64,000 bases of DNA. It comes from Octopus sinensis (lineage: Eukaryota). Both the position numbers and the translations under genes were made by a program. The stretch spans positions 51,584,001-51,648,000 of the forward strand of contig NC_043001.1 in assembly GCF_006345805.1 (NCBI RefSeq). The letters run 5' to 3'. Under the pieces are notes generated by a model. The model was not told where the DNA came from. It ran no database searches and saw only the letters and a program-made list of their open reading frames with translations. Numbering within the stretch: position 1 is the stretch's first letter; each line of letters begins with the position of its first letter. Of this stretch, positions 39,280 through 53,356 are shown in pieces.

Positions 39280-39521
39280 TAAATTAGAGATAAAACCACT
39301 ATTAGGCAAATCAAACAATGAAAAACATAAGCCAATACATAAAATTAATTAATTTATATTATTTTAAATATATATCAAAAGTATTAAAACTTTTATTAAA
39401 CTTTTAATACTTTTGATATATATTTAAAATAATATAAATTAATTAATTTTATGTATTGGCTTATGTTTTTCATTGTTTGATTTGCCTAATAGTGGTTTTA
39501 TCTCTAATTTAATATAATATA
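39270..39521. repeat. Perfect inverted repeat (120-bp arms, 12-nt spacer)
   Basis: 39270-39389 is the reverse complement of 39402-39521; spacer CTTTTATTAAAC. Confidence 0.92.
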
Positions 39522-39609
39522 ATATAATATATTTATACTATAAAATTGGATTTAATCCTAAATCTGATTTTTCCCTGTAAGTTTGGATTTATTCCCTAAT
39601 ATTTTATTA

Positions 39610-39652
<43 letters not shown>

Positions 39653-40641
39653 GTAATAAATCTCGGGCTACTTTATCAAATAAGTCTTTATACTTAATAA
39701 TTTGGGTGATATTTAGACGCAATTCCAAGTAAAGCAAGCGTCAATATAGCGATGTTTGTGATAACGGTGCTTGTCTTGTTATGCTGCTGGGTTTGGGTGG
39801 AGGCGCAGAGCGAAAGAGATAGAGTTGTCCTGGTAGTGGTACTTGTAATAATAGCAACAGTGGCGGTGGTTATGGTGGTGGTAAGTAGTACCTATTTTTT
39901 TTTTTTGTTTTTTATGGTGCTAGATTTAAAAAACTTTTACACACAAAAATGGAGAGAAATAATACTTGTAGACGGTAGTAGCAAGTCCTTGTACCTGCTT
40001 TCCAATTACACTCAGAGACAATGCGATCCAAACTTGTTCCTGCACTCACCCCCATTCCCAATAAACTACTCCCTCACATTCAATCAACTATCGTTTGTAT
40101 ACATTCGCTTCTAATATTTAATTTATAATAGAAATGATGTTCTACAGCACATTGAATCTCTCTCTCTCTCTCTCTTCCCTTTCTCTATTCCTTTCTCTAT
40201 TCCTCTCTCTCTCTCTCTCTCCATTTCTCTCTTCCTCTCTCTCTATCTTTCTCCCTCCCTTTCTCTCTCTCTCTCTTTCTATCTCTGTCTCTGTCTCACT
40301 CTCTCACCTTTCACTATAATGGCCATTAATGCAGCATCGGTAGGGTTAGGTGTACTGGAGACCTATTCTCTTAGGTCATACTCTAGTGAGCATTCATCTT
40401 AGAGAGGTAAAGAAATGTCCAAAGCATCGGCCGTCTCCGTCGGGCTAATCTCCTGTTGAAATTCTCAAACTACAGGCTTCTTCTCTCTCTCATTTCTTGG
40501 ATCATTAGTTTCCTATCAGATCGCCCTATTAGAGCATTTTTGATGGAACTCTTTCAGGTCCGCTCTCGATCAACACCGGTAAACACCGTCTTCAGTGACT
40601 CACTAATATTTTAAATGAAAGCATCTAATAATATAGGTAAC

Positions 40642-40684
<43 letters not shown>

Positions 40685-40759
40685 TATAATAATAATAATA
40701 ATCATAACATATCTCGTCGTTCCTCTCTAAACTTCCCCACCACCGGCCACGTACCATTC

Positions 40760-42900
40760 CCACTCAGCTCTAACATCAGACACCAAACTTGCATTAAGTC
40801 TACGAATGGACACTTCGAACATCCTCTTGTGGGCTCATACTAATTGTGCTTCCTTTAACAGTAAAACAATAAGCAACCCTAGGTACTACTCATATCAAGA
40901 AAACACTATTGCTCATACACCTGCAAAATATGAACAGCACTTAGCTAGAAGTCTCTGTATTCATGTGTTAATCCTCACCATCACCAAGAATTGTCTCATA
41001 CAATATCTAACCTGTTGTATTTACACTGGGTTCGACCAGTATTATTTATTTATAAAACTCGTAAGAAGTTGACCAAGATGTACCTTGCGGACATTTCTGG
41101 ACAATTGCAGAGATGATATATTCCACAATGGTACGGCATAATCAGCATTTTTTATGGCTGGCTGGAGATTGAGAGGCAAACTTATCTCGCATGCTGATCA
41201 GATATGTTGTGGCTATCTTCTGTTCTTGGATTGCAAAAGCACAGCCGTCTAGCTGAGATTTTATGAGAGAGTACTGTTCCTGTCAATATTGTTAGTGTTC
41301 TCTAGCTTGCGCTATATGTGATCTTACACATTTTTCTACTGGTTAGATGAGTATTTCTCCTCCAAATCTCTACATAGGTCAGTTCAGCCACCCTTGGTTG
41401 GTTCACATTGAAGAGCTGTACGCTCAGAATATCTGTGGAGGAGGTCTTTGCATAATCTTACGATGTTATTACCTTCACTGTTGAGTATACACGAAATATA
41501 CTAATTTCTCTTTTTACTGTTCAGTATATGTTGTCTAGGCGGTGATGCGGCACTCAAAGGTCGCCTGGCTTGAGATGGTATCTCTGCCTTGCTTCTTATG
41601 TCTTACAAAGATCCTGTTGAAGTCACTGTTAATGTGGAATTTACTAGTCGTTGTTAACACCTCCCTAGTCTTGATTTTTTTCAAGTATATTCAAAATGTT
41701 GGTACCATCACTGGCGAATGCATTCTGGGATTTTGTTGGATTCCCATACCTTCTGATGGCTGTCTTACTCACAGTAACAACATATACAATCTTCTCGTCG
41801 ATTCCAAAGCATTTGCAGCATTCATCAGTGGTGAAAGGGGAAATAGACAGAATATTGAGATCTATATTCCTTACCTCGTCGACAATCATTACTTGTTTAG
41901 CGACCGTATCTTGATCAAGCAGCATTTAACACCAAACCCCATTCTTATGTTCTCTGAAAACGATGTGGCCAGTTCTAATTGTCTCTTGGTGTCGGGAATA
42001 TTGCTGAAGTATATCATAAGTTCCTCAACAAAATGTGTGGATGAAATTATTTTTTCTATTTCATTTACAGGTCCTATTATGTAGTTTTTATATTTCCTTA
42101 AGAAAGCTGACAAATGAGAAACATTACAAATAATCTGCCACCCTGAAATATTCTTTCTGATAGCCTCCAGATTCTTTTAGCAATCATTGAGGTAGCTTCA
42201 CTTCTTATCGGTAGCTCTATGGACCATGTTGTTGGTAGTCTCCGAACAGCATTATCACCTGGCAGTTGTCTCTTTAGCAAAGCTTAGTAATTCAATTATC
42301 CTTGTGCGAAGAACAGAGTCAAAAGTCTTTTTATTGTCTAGCCATTCCTCAATGGCAACTTTATTAATGGTAGGCTGTTTGGCAAATCCCACTACAGCTT
42401 TCTTTCTTCCCACCAGCTCATCCGTTACCATACTTAGTGTGTCTCAGTGAACCTGGAGGCATACATCTGTACAACATCTGTATAATTTATTCATCATATT
42501 CAAGCACGCTATGTAGTTTGTGGCCGCATACCTTTCCTGATTCATGTTACTAGTTTTGAACGTGCAACTGCCAGCTAGTCTAATACATCAACTTAAACAT
42601 TCATTATTCTTTTGAACAAGTTAATGAAAGCTTCCCGGAGAGCTGCCCGTAGAACTTCAGCTTTCTGCATCATTAACCGACTCGATCATTTTTCGTTCGG
42701 TAGTTTTGCAACAACTGTCAGGTGACATGTAAAGCTTGGGAGTTATCGTCTACACTGTACGCTTTCTATAGTTAATTTGGTACATTACATCATTGTTGTT
42801 GTGTTTGTTTGCATTACAGATCCATCATCTTCATCCCTTGCGCGAGCAGTTACGACCTTGACGCTATGGCCTTTCATACTACGATACCTGCTTTCAGGTT
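40760..42900 (-). mobile_element. Decayed R4/Dong-like non-LTR retrotransposon
   Basis: IFQGG (GIFQGD-like), SSTHFVEELMIY (YVDD-like), KRQLELATSFSENIRMGFGVKCC, GIDEKI, then QEQKIATTYL and KYNRLDIV toward the endonuclease region. May extend to about 43900. Confidence 0.75.
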
Positions 42901-44299
42901 TAGTGCTAACTTACGATTCTAGTAATTCTTTTGCTGTAATGAATCGCTTCACTTACCACCCACAGTTCGTATCTAAGGATACTTAACTTACTCATTAGTG
43001 TCTCTTGTCAACAATACTCAGAGACCTTAGATAATCATAAATTCTCAGTTGGTGGCTGGTGAATTTATTATTCATTTTACACTTCGTGTCTAATTGTCCC
43101 ATATTTTTCTGAGCTTGTCAATATTAGTCTGGAGAAAAGTCATCCACTTGGTGTTTTTTCTTTAGTTTTTTTTTCTCTCTCTCTCTTTACTATCAATCTC
43201 TTTTATTTCCACCCCTTTGCAAAGGATAATAATTGAAGATCTAAATCCCTTCGTAGTTCAATAGTTGAAGGTCTAAATTTCTGCTAGTTGTTCCTTAGCT
43301 GCTTGGTCCTTCGTGAATAACATCAGGTCGGTAGGGTTTTTTTCATTCGATTCGTGTGGTAATTGCGCTTTTATGTGAAGTGTTGTTTAAAGCTTTGTCT
43401 CACTTATTACTATTGTTTGTTCATTATCAGTTACTGTTCATTTGTATGAAGGTGGTATCTTCATTTTAGTGCTACTGATAGTGTTCTTTAAGGGTCTGTG
43501 TTCTTTAAGGGTCTGTGTTCTTTAAGGTCTTCTCAGAAGAAGGCTTCACTGGTTTGGGCTGACTTTTATTTTACTGTGCGCTTTTGATAGTCAGTTGAGA
43601 TAACAGTAATGTTTTTCTCGATAAAGTTTTTTGTTGATGGAAATGTTTGGCACTGAAGTGCGGGACATTAAGTTATTCCAAATGTTAGTCATTCTTCATA
43701 ATTTTTATATAGCCAATCCTTGAATCTCCCTTACTTTATAGAATTTATAGAAGTTGTCTTCAGAAGTTTAACGAATTTTCTCTTGATAGTTCCGCGTAAT
43801 AGCTAACACCAATCTCCTGTCCAGCTATGGTGTGCGTAGAAGAGCTAAGGTCTTCAAGAATAAGATCTCTTCGCACTCAACTAGAAATGATGGCCATTTT
43901 TTACTATGTTTGTATTAATAGTAAAGTTTATAGGAGATATTATTTATTACAGAAAGATGACTTGTCCTCTTATGCCACCCTAACTGGATTCGACACCACA
44001 TTGTATGTATGTATGTATGTATGTATGTATGTATGTATGTATGTATGTATGTATGTATGTATTTGTATATATGTGAAGAATGTTAGATCTTGCCGAAAGG
44101 GATTCCAGTTGAAACAAGCGAAACACAAAATAACAAAAATAATAAATTAATTAAAAGCATGTTAACTATAGAACAAATAAACAAACTCGCAAAGCAGTTT
44201 TTATCTACACCAACTCAAAAAGAAAAAAAGAAACATTTGAGTCCCAAGGAAATCAAATATACTTTTTTAAGACTATTTTTGAAAATCATAACTTACAAA

Positions 44300-45800
44300 A
44301 GAATTGGTTTATAATGTCAGTGACAGTGAACCTATTGTTAGAAACGAAAGTAAATGTTATCCATCAAAAGGAACAAAGAACTTGACAATTTCTGTAATAA
44401 TATATCTTATTTTCAATACAAGCTTCTATTAGCATTATAGAATGAGAATATAACAAACAGTAAAAACCAATTCAAAACTGATTGCAAAAGAAACCGATGG
44501 GGGAAGCAATATAGTTTTAATGGATATAGATTGCCATAAAAATTTCACATTATCCATTCTTGAAAACAACAATTATGAAAAAATTAACAACTATAATCAG
44601 CAACAGTCAATATAAAACATAACGTCCGTGGCAGTTTATATACCGTGAGCGCTTAACTAATAAAGAACGCGACTCTTCAACCAATTCTAAAAGAAGAAAT
44701 TTTTCTGGATTATCAAAAGATTACAAAAATTGCCAGTAAAGAATCGTCGTCTCCTTGTTCAAATGTTCTTCGTCGAAATGACTAAATATTAAGAATAATA
44801 ATAGCAGGTACGACTTGTGAAATGCATCGATTGAGCAATTTCTTGAACTTATTACTAAAACCATGTTTGAAACATATACAGAGCTACATAAGAGATTGCT
44901 TGAATATGTTAAATCACCGTCCATATTCGCGAATGAAAAATCTTTAACTGTTTTATTTCATGCGGTATACCGATATACAAATGTACCACATAAATGTGAA
45001 ATAGAAGCAATACATTTTTGGATTCATAAATATCGTCAAAAACCGTAAAGGAAAAGAATTTTTCATTCAAGGACTTCAATTTATTCTATAAAACAGCTTT
45101 TAAAATTTTAACCAAGCAATATACGAGCAAACATTTGGAACAACAACAGGAAGCAAGATAGCTCTAACATGTGTAAATTTAATAAAGCGGTCCCTTTAGA
45201 TAAAAATACATATATAAACTAGCAAAATATAAGGTACACGGATGAGATACCGAACGCACTTTTGCCGAAAGACAAGATACCGAAACCAAGAAACCGAACG
45301 GACACAATTAAGAATAGCATCCAGTTTACTGTGGCGTACAGCAAGGATAAATTATTCTTTTTAGTGATATTGATTATAAAAAGGATCGAGATAGATATAC
45401 ATTACAAACCAGGTGATTTGAGGCAATATTTACATTTTAATTAATACCATCCAAAACGCAAGATTCAACACTCCATTCAATCAAGCTACAAGAACATGTA
45501 CCAAAATATCAAACACCCAAAAGAAAAGATAAGTTATTTTGATTGGAAGACGTTACATACCATCAATTAACTGACAACGGATTAGACAGAGTAGAGCAAT
45601 TGACATCAGTAATAAAAAGAACTGTAAAAAGTAGAACAGAAACAAATGTTTAACCTTACATGTCAACAAATAACTGTGAATAGTGAGACCTTTAATATAG
45701 TTAATCAAAATTTATTAATTTTAAAATGTGATCTAAAATGAGAAGAATATTAGAAAACCAGGAGATAATTAACCCATAGTAGACAACAGGGCCGATCTAT
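44300..45800 (+). mobile_element. Decayed Penelope-like RT
   Basis: YTNVPHKCEIEAIHFWIHKY, YEQTFGT-like segment, FTVAYSKDKLFFLVILI..DIHYKPGDLRQYLHFN.YHPK. Confidence 0.7.
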
Positions 45801-46521
45801 CAGCCAAAAAGTCGAATGACGAAGAAGATTGTATTAGTTCATTCAATTTCCTACAAGAATATGTATAGTTTTATACATGTAAAGTCATTTCTTTATTTTT
45901 TATAATTGTTTTTGAAAAATAAGTGCATGCCCTCAGTAGGGCTTGGGAAAAGGGTTCCGTCTTCTTGGCACTAAAACTCCAAATGAGGCTCTCTCTCCAA
46001 AGGGTTAAAAGCAAAAAACAAAAAGGCCAAAATCAATAAAGAAACTATTAACAAATGCCCAATTACTTGCCAGCATTGAATCAAATCTGATAATTACAAA
46101 ATGTAGAAGACGAAATTATGGAATCTGTATCAATATATCCAAACGTTCAGGATTCTGTTTCAAAAATGAATAAAATTTCAAAATAAAAATATTTCACGTG
46201 CTATCAGAAAACTTAATTTTTGCAATAACATACTGTAGATGTAAGGATTACGTTGGCCACTCACGCTGAATCTTAGAAAAAATATGACGATTCGCCGACA
46301 CAAGAAATATTCTACTCGGCGAGCATCTAGATCGTTGTGCGAGAATCCCTTTATAGTAATGGGCGGAAAATATAAACGAACAAAAAGAATTAACAAAGTA
46401 ATATATATATTATTGAAAAGTATAAAGCGAGTTTAAATCAATAAATAATGTTTACATTTATTTTAAATTTTACTATCAACATTTGTGCAAAAAAAAAAAG
46501 AGACAAAAATGCGCTTGCAAA

Positions 46522-46712
46522 TTATTTTATCGACCACGAAAGAATGAAAAGCAAAGTTGACTTTGGCGGAATTTGAACTCAGAACGTAAAGACTGACAAA
46601 ATGTCGCTAAGCATTTAGCCCGGCGTGCTAATGATTCTGCCAGCTCACAGCCTTGATCGTAAATAATGATTTGAAATTATTGGCAGAAGGACAGCAAGTT
46701 CGAAGGATTTAA
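46522..46712 (-). mobile_element. SINE family A head-tail junction, duplicated at 49689-49884
   Basis: About 5 substitutions and one 5-nt indel between the copies, which share the same inter-SINE junction. Confidence 0.8.
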
Positions 46713-47603
46713 CTTATGTTACTGTCTCTCGTGAAATTCCGAGCGATCATCTTGCAATCGTAGGGTTCCGGGGAACCTTGGTATACCATGAAGGACATTT
46801 CCCGGATCTTTCGCAAATTACAAATTTATCAAAAAAGCCAAGTGAAAATAATGTTTTCTTTTGCCACATTCCACCAGTATACGAAGTTTCAAATTGTTTA
46901 CTTAACTAGAAATTGTGTTGAATTCTGTCTATCAAAAGGAAAAGATCCCATTTCCCATTTTAATGCGTGAATAAGCAATTTCTCAGAACCGATGGTTTTA
47001 ATTCAGAGCTAAAACATATCAACCGAAATAGTCGATATGTTAGAAATAGCAGCCAGATCTGCAAATTATATTGTACCATCTTCAAAAAGGACGGATACAT
47101 TGACAATGAAGTACTAAATATAATGTCTGAAAAAGATAGTGTCTCCGCCAAAACGTTTTTGATCATAGGTCTTCTCAAAGCCAGTCCAAGCCACTACGGT
47201 CTGTGAACGTGCTTGTTATAGTAGTCCACTTTTCCTGAGATTACACCTTACTAGTTTGAAAACAAGTTAGATGTCGTACTAGGTAACATGTCACACAGTG
47301 AGACTGAACCCGAAGCCATATGATTGGAGAGTAAATTTCTTACCAAACAGCCATACCTATGGCATGTACTGATGCATACACAGAAAATTTCAAGTCATGG
47401 GTGATATAAAAATTAAAACTATTACCATGAAATTATACTGAACACTCCCGAATTTTGTCTAATGTTCCTTTCAACGACAGTAACTGTGTGTTCTTTTTTG
47501 TCACTTCTTTATTTACTATCTTCATTGTTTTGCCATGTATCTATATAAATCTTTTGTTTCATTATTATTTTATCATTCAACTTTTAATTTATTTTGAAAC
47601 TAG

Positions 47604-47830
47604 AGCTAACACGAATAGATGGGAAAAGTCTGGTCCACCACCTCACGGTATTAAACCAATAAAAGGCTCCGTTCATGTTGTAGTTCAAAGAGGTTTTGTT
47701 GATTATGCATTGAATTCTCCTGTGGCTAAAGATCTACTTGAGTGGACAAAGACTGTCCAGATACCAGACGAACTATATTTCGCCACGCTTAATCATAATC
47801 CCCATCTTAAAGTACCTGGATCCTACACAG
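47604..47830 (+). CDS. GCNT: GCNT-like coding exon 2
   Basis: Acceptor TAG| at 47601-47603. AG+A restores Arg: GTQKR-ANTNRW...KGSVHVVVQRGFVDY...PDELYFATLNHNP...VPGSYTG. Phase-1 donor CAG|GTAAAA at 47830/47831. Confidence 0.92.
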
Positions 47831-48289
47831 GTAAAATTTAACTTTTATAAACATTCCCTTTACCCAATAAAGTAATGGATATGCTAGGTTCCCCTCTACC
47901 TGTGTCTAAGTTTTTATAAGTTTTCACTTATGGTGGAGTAGATCTTAAATTATTTCATTATGAAGCGAAATTCGTATCCACACAACCTTGCCTGCGCCTG
48001 TATTAATCTCTCAAAAATGATTTGTACGCTGTGCAGAAAATATAACCTTTGCTTGCAAGTAAGGAGACAACCATGGAGTTGTTCTAGCATGAATGAATTT
48101 CATCAGCAAAGTATAGTCTACTCAAGCTTGCTTTGATGTATGTGGCGGAATAAGGCGTTATTGTTGTAAGTCCCTCGACTTCAGAGAAGCTCATAGATCA
48201 TCATGCTGATTGGATGCAGATTGCGTTTGTCGCCCCAAATAGATAAGCTTAATATCATCTAATGAACTCTTCCTTCGTCGTCGGAGAAT

Positions 48290-48800
48290 TTATTGATGAC
48301 ATCGCAGCTAGATCCTACCACTTCTCTCGGTCGTCCATAGCCTTCTGTGAGTCGGCGAAAATGAGTCCTGTTCACTCTTTGGTGTTAATCCGAGTGGCGA
48401 CGATCCAGTATAGATTCTTGTGTGGCTGTCATCAACACGAATGTATGATGGGAAAGTTAACTTGGCGGTACGCATTTCTCTCCCAGCTGTTAGGCATATA
48501 AGTGTCTAGCAGATCGACCGGTTGTTCTATCAAGGTAATAGCTTACTCATTAAATGAGCGTATGAAGTGGTGGAGTATTTATCAGACACGTGAAACCTTT
48601 CTGTAATTTTTAAGTTCGATCACAAGAATAGTCCATCCAATAGGATTCTCAAATATATGGACGACTGACTTTATGGTAATCAGTCGGATGGCCTTCCTTT
48701 GGATGTACCCTGTATAGTTTTTATGTGTAGCAGCAATGTCTTTCTAGATGTGGGAGCAATTCCCCATTGTGGATCTCACCTAAGCTTTATGGGGGATTAG
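48290..48800 (-). mobile_element. Possible RTE-like LINE 3' fragment in intron 2
   Basis: Minus-strand QKAMDDREKW resembles the RTE C-terminal AMxDRxxW motif. The rest is poorly conserved. Confidence 0.35.
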
Positions 48801-49183
48801 TAGTTGATAAGGTGCTGAAATATTTTCAGTCACTAAAGAGATAAGTCGGTTTTTATAATTCAGTTTTTGTATGTTTAGCGTTTACATCTACCATAAAAAT
48901 GCTGGAGGCCCTGAAAAGTGCCATGGAGACAACTCTTACTACAAAGTGGCTTTAAGAAATGATTAATCGTTAAGCTAATGCTTTTCAATGGGTGGAGCGG
49001 GTTCTTTAGTATTGGTCTAATTTTAAATCATACAAGTGCTTCATTCACTACATTGAATAATAAACTATTTGTTTATATAATAGCTGGTTGTTATTTCTAA
49101 TTGTGATGGTAATTGATTGATTGATTGATTAATTAATTAGTTAATTAATTAATTAATTAGCTTTTCTTTCTTTGTTTTAATAG

Positions 49184-49497
49184 GCATTCCAGAGACTGGA
49201 CCCGATAAACCATTTCTTGCGAGATACAAAATCTGGGAAAATACTGACATACCTTTTCCCTATAATTGTAAAGGGAAAACTTCGAGAAGTATTTGTGTAT
49301 TCGGTCTTGGGGATTTACAAATGTTAACTACTACACCAGCACTATTTGCTAATAAATTCTTCTTACCATACCATCCATTACTTCAAAAGTGCCTTGAAGA
49401 CTGGCATTTTAACAAGACCAGAGATTATTACCTGTACAATAAGAAATTTAATACTTCATTTTATGAAAATTTAAGTTTCGTTAAAAATAAAATTTGA
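49184..49497 (+). CDS. GCNT: GCNT-like coding exon 3 (terminal; not in the ORF track because it lacks an ATG)
   Basis: Pyrimidine tract plus TAG| at 49181-49183. G+GC gives Gly, then IPETGPDKPFLARYKIW...CKGKTSRSICVFGLGDL...LFANKF...CLEDWHFNKT...KNKI and TGA at 49495-49497. Spliced CDS is 965+227+314=1506 nt with no frameshift. Confidence 0.92.
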
Positions 49498-49589
49498 AAT
49501 TTCAGTTTATATGAAAGTCTGTTTTGTATAGCATGATTATTTCTCTTTCTCACCCTTACAACCTAACTTCTTCATTGACTGCCGATTGT

Positions 49590-50230
49590 TACGCAAATAG
49601 GATTTCAAAATTTGGCAGGCCAACAAGTTCGAGAGCCAGTAGAAGGCCAGCAAGATCGATTACATCGATCTCAGTGCTCAGTTGGTACTTATTTTATCGA
49701 CCACGAAAGCATGAAAAGCAAAGTTGACTTTGGCGGAATTTGAACTCAGAACATAAAGACTGACAAAATGTCGCTAAGCATTTAGCCCGGCATGCTAATG
49801 ATTCTGCCAGCTCACCGCCTTGATCGTTACGTAAATAATGATTTGAAACTATTGGCAGAAGGACAGCAAGTTCGAAGGATTTAAGTCGATTACATCGATC
49901 CTAGTGATCAGCTAGTATTTATCTTATCGGCTCCGAAAAGATGAAAAGGATGAAATATTGATTTCAAACATTGACACACGGCCAGCAATTTCATCAACTC
50001 CGGGTGCTCAACTGATAGTTATCGACTCTGAAATGATGAAAGGCAAAATCAACCACGACGGAACTGTTACGTTGATATTGATTTCAAGTTTTGGCACAAG
50101 GCCAGCAAGTTCAAGGAAGTGGGTTTAATCGATTGCAGAAAATTCAGCGAAGTGGGATTTAATCGATTATGTAACTGGTACTTACTTTATCGATCCTGAA
50201 AGGATGAAAGGCCAGCAATTTCGGGTGAGG
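49590..50230 (-). mobile_element. Cluster of several tandem SINE family A fragments downstream of the GCNT stop
   Basis: Repeated GGCCAGCAA..TC, TCGATTA, TACTT..TTTATCGA, GATGAAAGG motifs in one orientation. Confidence 0.75.
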
Positions 50231-50572
50231 TGGGGTGTCCGTTTGAAGTATTAGTTTCGTCCAACTAACGAAACCGATGTGAAACACATCACATTTTATT
50301 ATATGTATGATAAGATTAGTTAATCATTTAGTGGGCAGAATGAACCTTTAAATGCAAATGACAAACAGAACAACTAAGTAGAGGCGCTGTTGAAGCAGGA
50401 AAGTAGAAAAGCTGTTATATAATTTAGAAAACTTCAAATTGTTTCATTAAGCATTATGAGACAAATACAAAAATTAAACTGAATGACTCTAGCTCGTGTC
50501 GAATGATTTAGAAAATAAATCTTATATATAATGTGGAACAAATTCAACAGCTTAAACGCTAAAGCATTACTC

Positions 50573-50652
<80 letters not shown>

Positions 50653-50684
50653 TATATATAAGTAATTTTAGAGACAGAACCCCT

Positions 50685-51462
50685 TCAACGTGTCAAAATG
50701 CTGTCATCTGCCTGTTGGCTCTTCTCCTGCAACTCAATTTGATTTCGAGCCGGGTCGTCTGCTGCTGGAGAGGATCGACCAGGTAAAGGACCTGGGTATC
50801 TTGGTGAATTCTTCCTTTTCGCTTTCCGCCCAGTGCGTCCATGCTGCCAACAAAGCACGCGGAGTTCTATTTTTGATTCGACGGTCATTCGGAATGCTCA
50901 CAGCAGCCATATTCCTTCCGCTCTATGTCACGCTGGTGAGACCCATATGGGAGTACGGGATTCAAGCCTCTTCTCCTTATTTCCTCAAAGACATACATCA
51001 TCTCGAAAGAGTCCAGAAGCTGGCTACCCGCATTTGTCTTATGAAGAAAGGCTGAAGACGCTCGACCGTTATTCTCTAGAAAAACGACGACGCCGTGGTG
51101 ATCTCATTCTTGCTCACAACATCATAAGTGGAAAGTGTAACCTCTCGAAAGAACTGTTCTTCACTCCTGCTCCAGAGCGTCGGCTGCGGGGTCACTCCGA
51201 AAAGCTCTATCTGCGACGATTTCATCTCAATCGAAGGAGAGGGGCTTTCTCCGTCTGGGTTGCGGATCTGTGGAATAAGCTGCCGGACTAGATACTGAAG
51301 ATGCCGACGACCGCTCGGTTCAAAGTCTCTCTTGACCAGAAATGGCCTGAACTCTTTGCATGAACACCCTCCCTGTACATAACTCCATGTCCCCCTACAT
51401 GGCCTTGCTTTTTGATTTTTGAGCCAAAAAATTAACTTAACTTAACTTAACTTAACTTAACT
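50685..51462 (+). mobile_element. CR1-clade LINE 3' end with (TTAAC)n tail
   Basis: VKDLGILV..LYVTLVRPIWEYG..LERVQKLATR, then a frameshift to YEERLKTL..SLEKRRRRGDLI..RGHSEKL..WNKLP. Tail at about 51431-51460. Confidence 0.9.
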
Positions 51463-52249
51463 CAATCAACACTGAAAGATTTTATACCCGACCACTTAAT
51501 AAAATGTTAAAAATTGAATCTTATACTAACTATATCTATTCTGAATCCTGCATTTTCCGTTTATAAGACTACAGGTGTTTCATGAAAGTACGTCGGTATC
51601 TAGTTTCAGTAATTACTCGGGTCGACCCCCCCCCCAATCTTCAAGTCTGGATTCCTCAACATTTTTCATTACCCCTACCTCTTATATACTTCCATGATAC
51701 TCTATAACTTCAATATAATCTTACTTAGCATGTACAACTGAATAGAAATGCAAATGATAAATAAAAATAACTGGATATTAAAAATTTAAGGAGTAAAAAG
51801 TTAAAGAATAAAAATTTAAGTATTTCAAGTAATACAAACTCAAGGAATAAACATTTAAGGAGAAAGAACATTTAAGGAAAAAAAAAATTAGAGAAACAAA
51901 TTTAAAGAGAAAAAAATACGAGTAAAAATTACGAATTAAGGTTCCGAATAACGAATAAAGAATTGCGAATAAACAAATACTTAATAAAAATGAAATAATA
52001 ACGAAACAACAATAAAGTAATAAGGAAATAAAAACGGAAAATACCGGATTCAGAATAGATATAGTTAGTATAAGATACAATTTTTAACATTTTATGAGGT
52101 GGTCAGGTATAAAATCTTTCAGTGTTGATTGAGTTGAAGGAGGTTGTCTCTAAAATTACTTTTATATATACGAATTAAACATTGAGAGATTTTCATTTCA
52201 GTACATCTATTTTGAATGTCTTTTTCATGTGTACTCGGAAGCAATATTC

Positions 52250-52277
52250 TATAATAATAATAATAATAATGATGATG

Positions 52278-52312
<35 letters not shown>

Positions 52313-52338
52313 TAATAATAATAATGATAATAATAATA

Positions 52339-52401
<63 letters not shown>

Positions 52402-52417
52402 TAATAATAATAATAAT
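52250..52417. repeat. (TAA)n microsatellite
   Basis: Direct reading. Confidence 0.95.
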
Positions 52418-52698
52418 ATCGAAAATTATATGAGAATGATCCCTGGCTTACCATCCCTGCAAGAAGTGCAAAAGATTGTCTTAACTGGTACATCACACGT
52501 ATTGAGAAGAGCATTGTCGATGTGAGAACTGTTGCTGCTCATGTATTTTAATTTAACTTAAAAAAAAAAAAAAAATGAACGAACTACTGAGTTTGGCTTA
52601 ATGGCCTACCAGTGTATACTATGAGTTTCTTTGCCCTAGGAATCGAGAAGACACTCGGCAAGAAATGGAAGCAAATTTGAAAGAAGAAAAAAAAAGAG
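52418..52698 (+). mobile_element. 3' end of an R4/Dong-like LINE between (TAA)n tracts
   Basis: MIPGLPSLQEVQKIVLTGTSHVLRRALSM* then a 3' UTR and (TAA)n. Confidence 0.65.
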
Positions 52699-52716
52699 TA
52701 ATAATAATAATAATAA

Positions 52717-53272
52717 ATGCCCTGATGCAGTACCAGGCAGTGGCTCTCATGGCTTCTGATCTTAACTGATTGGAAGTGTTATCATGTACATTATTTTGTC
52801 TTGGTATAAAAGATGGGCTACAGCAAATATTCTGCTCAATACCACAGATTTGCTTGTCAGTTGTTTGACCTTAACCAGTTGAGCATGTCCCTTAGTGGCT
52901 GACGATATGTGCATCTCTGATCACGAGCAGAAGTAGTGGGGGAACATCATGGCCATGTGTTGAGAGGGATTCTTTGGGGTTTGAATAATTCACCTCTGGA
53001 AACATGAGTGGTTCTTTCAACATCCTTAAACAACCCTTATTCAGGGACCTTTTGAGCGGGATGGGCTATTCAACCTGAAGAAAATTCTAACTGGGCCCCA
53101 CCTGCAAGGTCATGTGCTGTTTATCTTGATATGAGATCACCATGTCGCGCACATATGGTTGTGATGCATGTGCCTGGTGTACCCTTATCAGACGGGTAGT
53201 CATGATGGGTATATTGGGCTTCGTATATTTTACCCCAGTGTCACTTTGATGGCATGCACTGCTCTCTCACTC
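52717..53272 (+). mobile_element. 556-bp LINE-3'-UTR-like element flanked on both sides by (TAA/AAT)n
   Basis: Complex non-coding block with sharp boundaries in TAA repeats. I recall it as a high-copy octopus repeat; not verified. Confidence 0.5.
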
Positions 53273-53291
53273 AATAATAATAATAATAATA

Positions 53292-53322
<31 letters not shown>

Positions 53323-53356
53323 TATTATTATTATTATTATATTATTATCATTATTA

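Noticed and set aside
40644-40703. (TAA)n tract as the tail of the minus-strand R4/Dong-like element
   Set aside because: Polarity is wrong: the element's sense strand reads (ATT)n here, unlike the plus-strand cases at 52250-53290.
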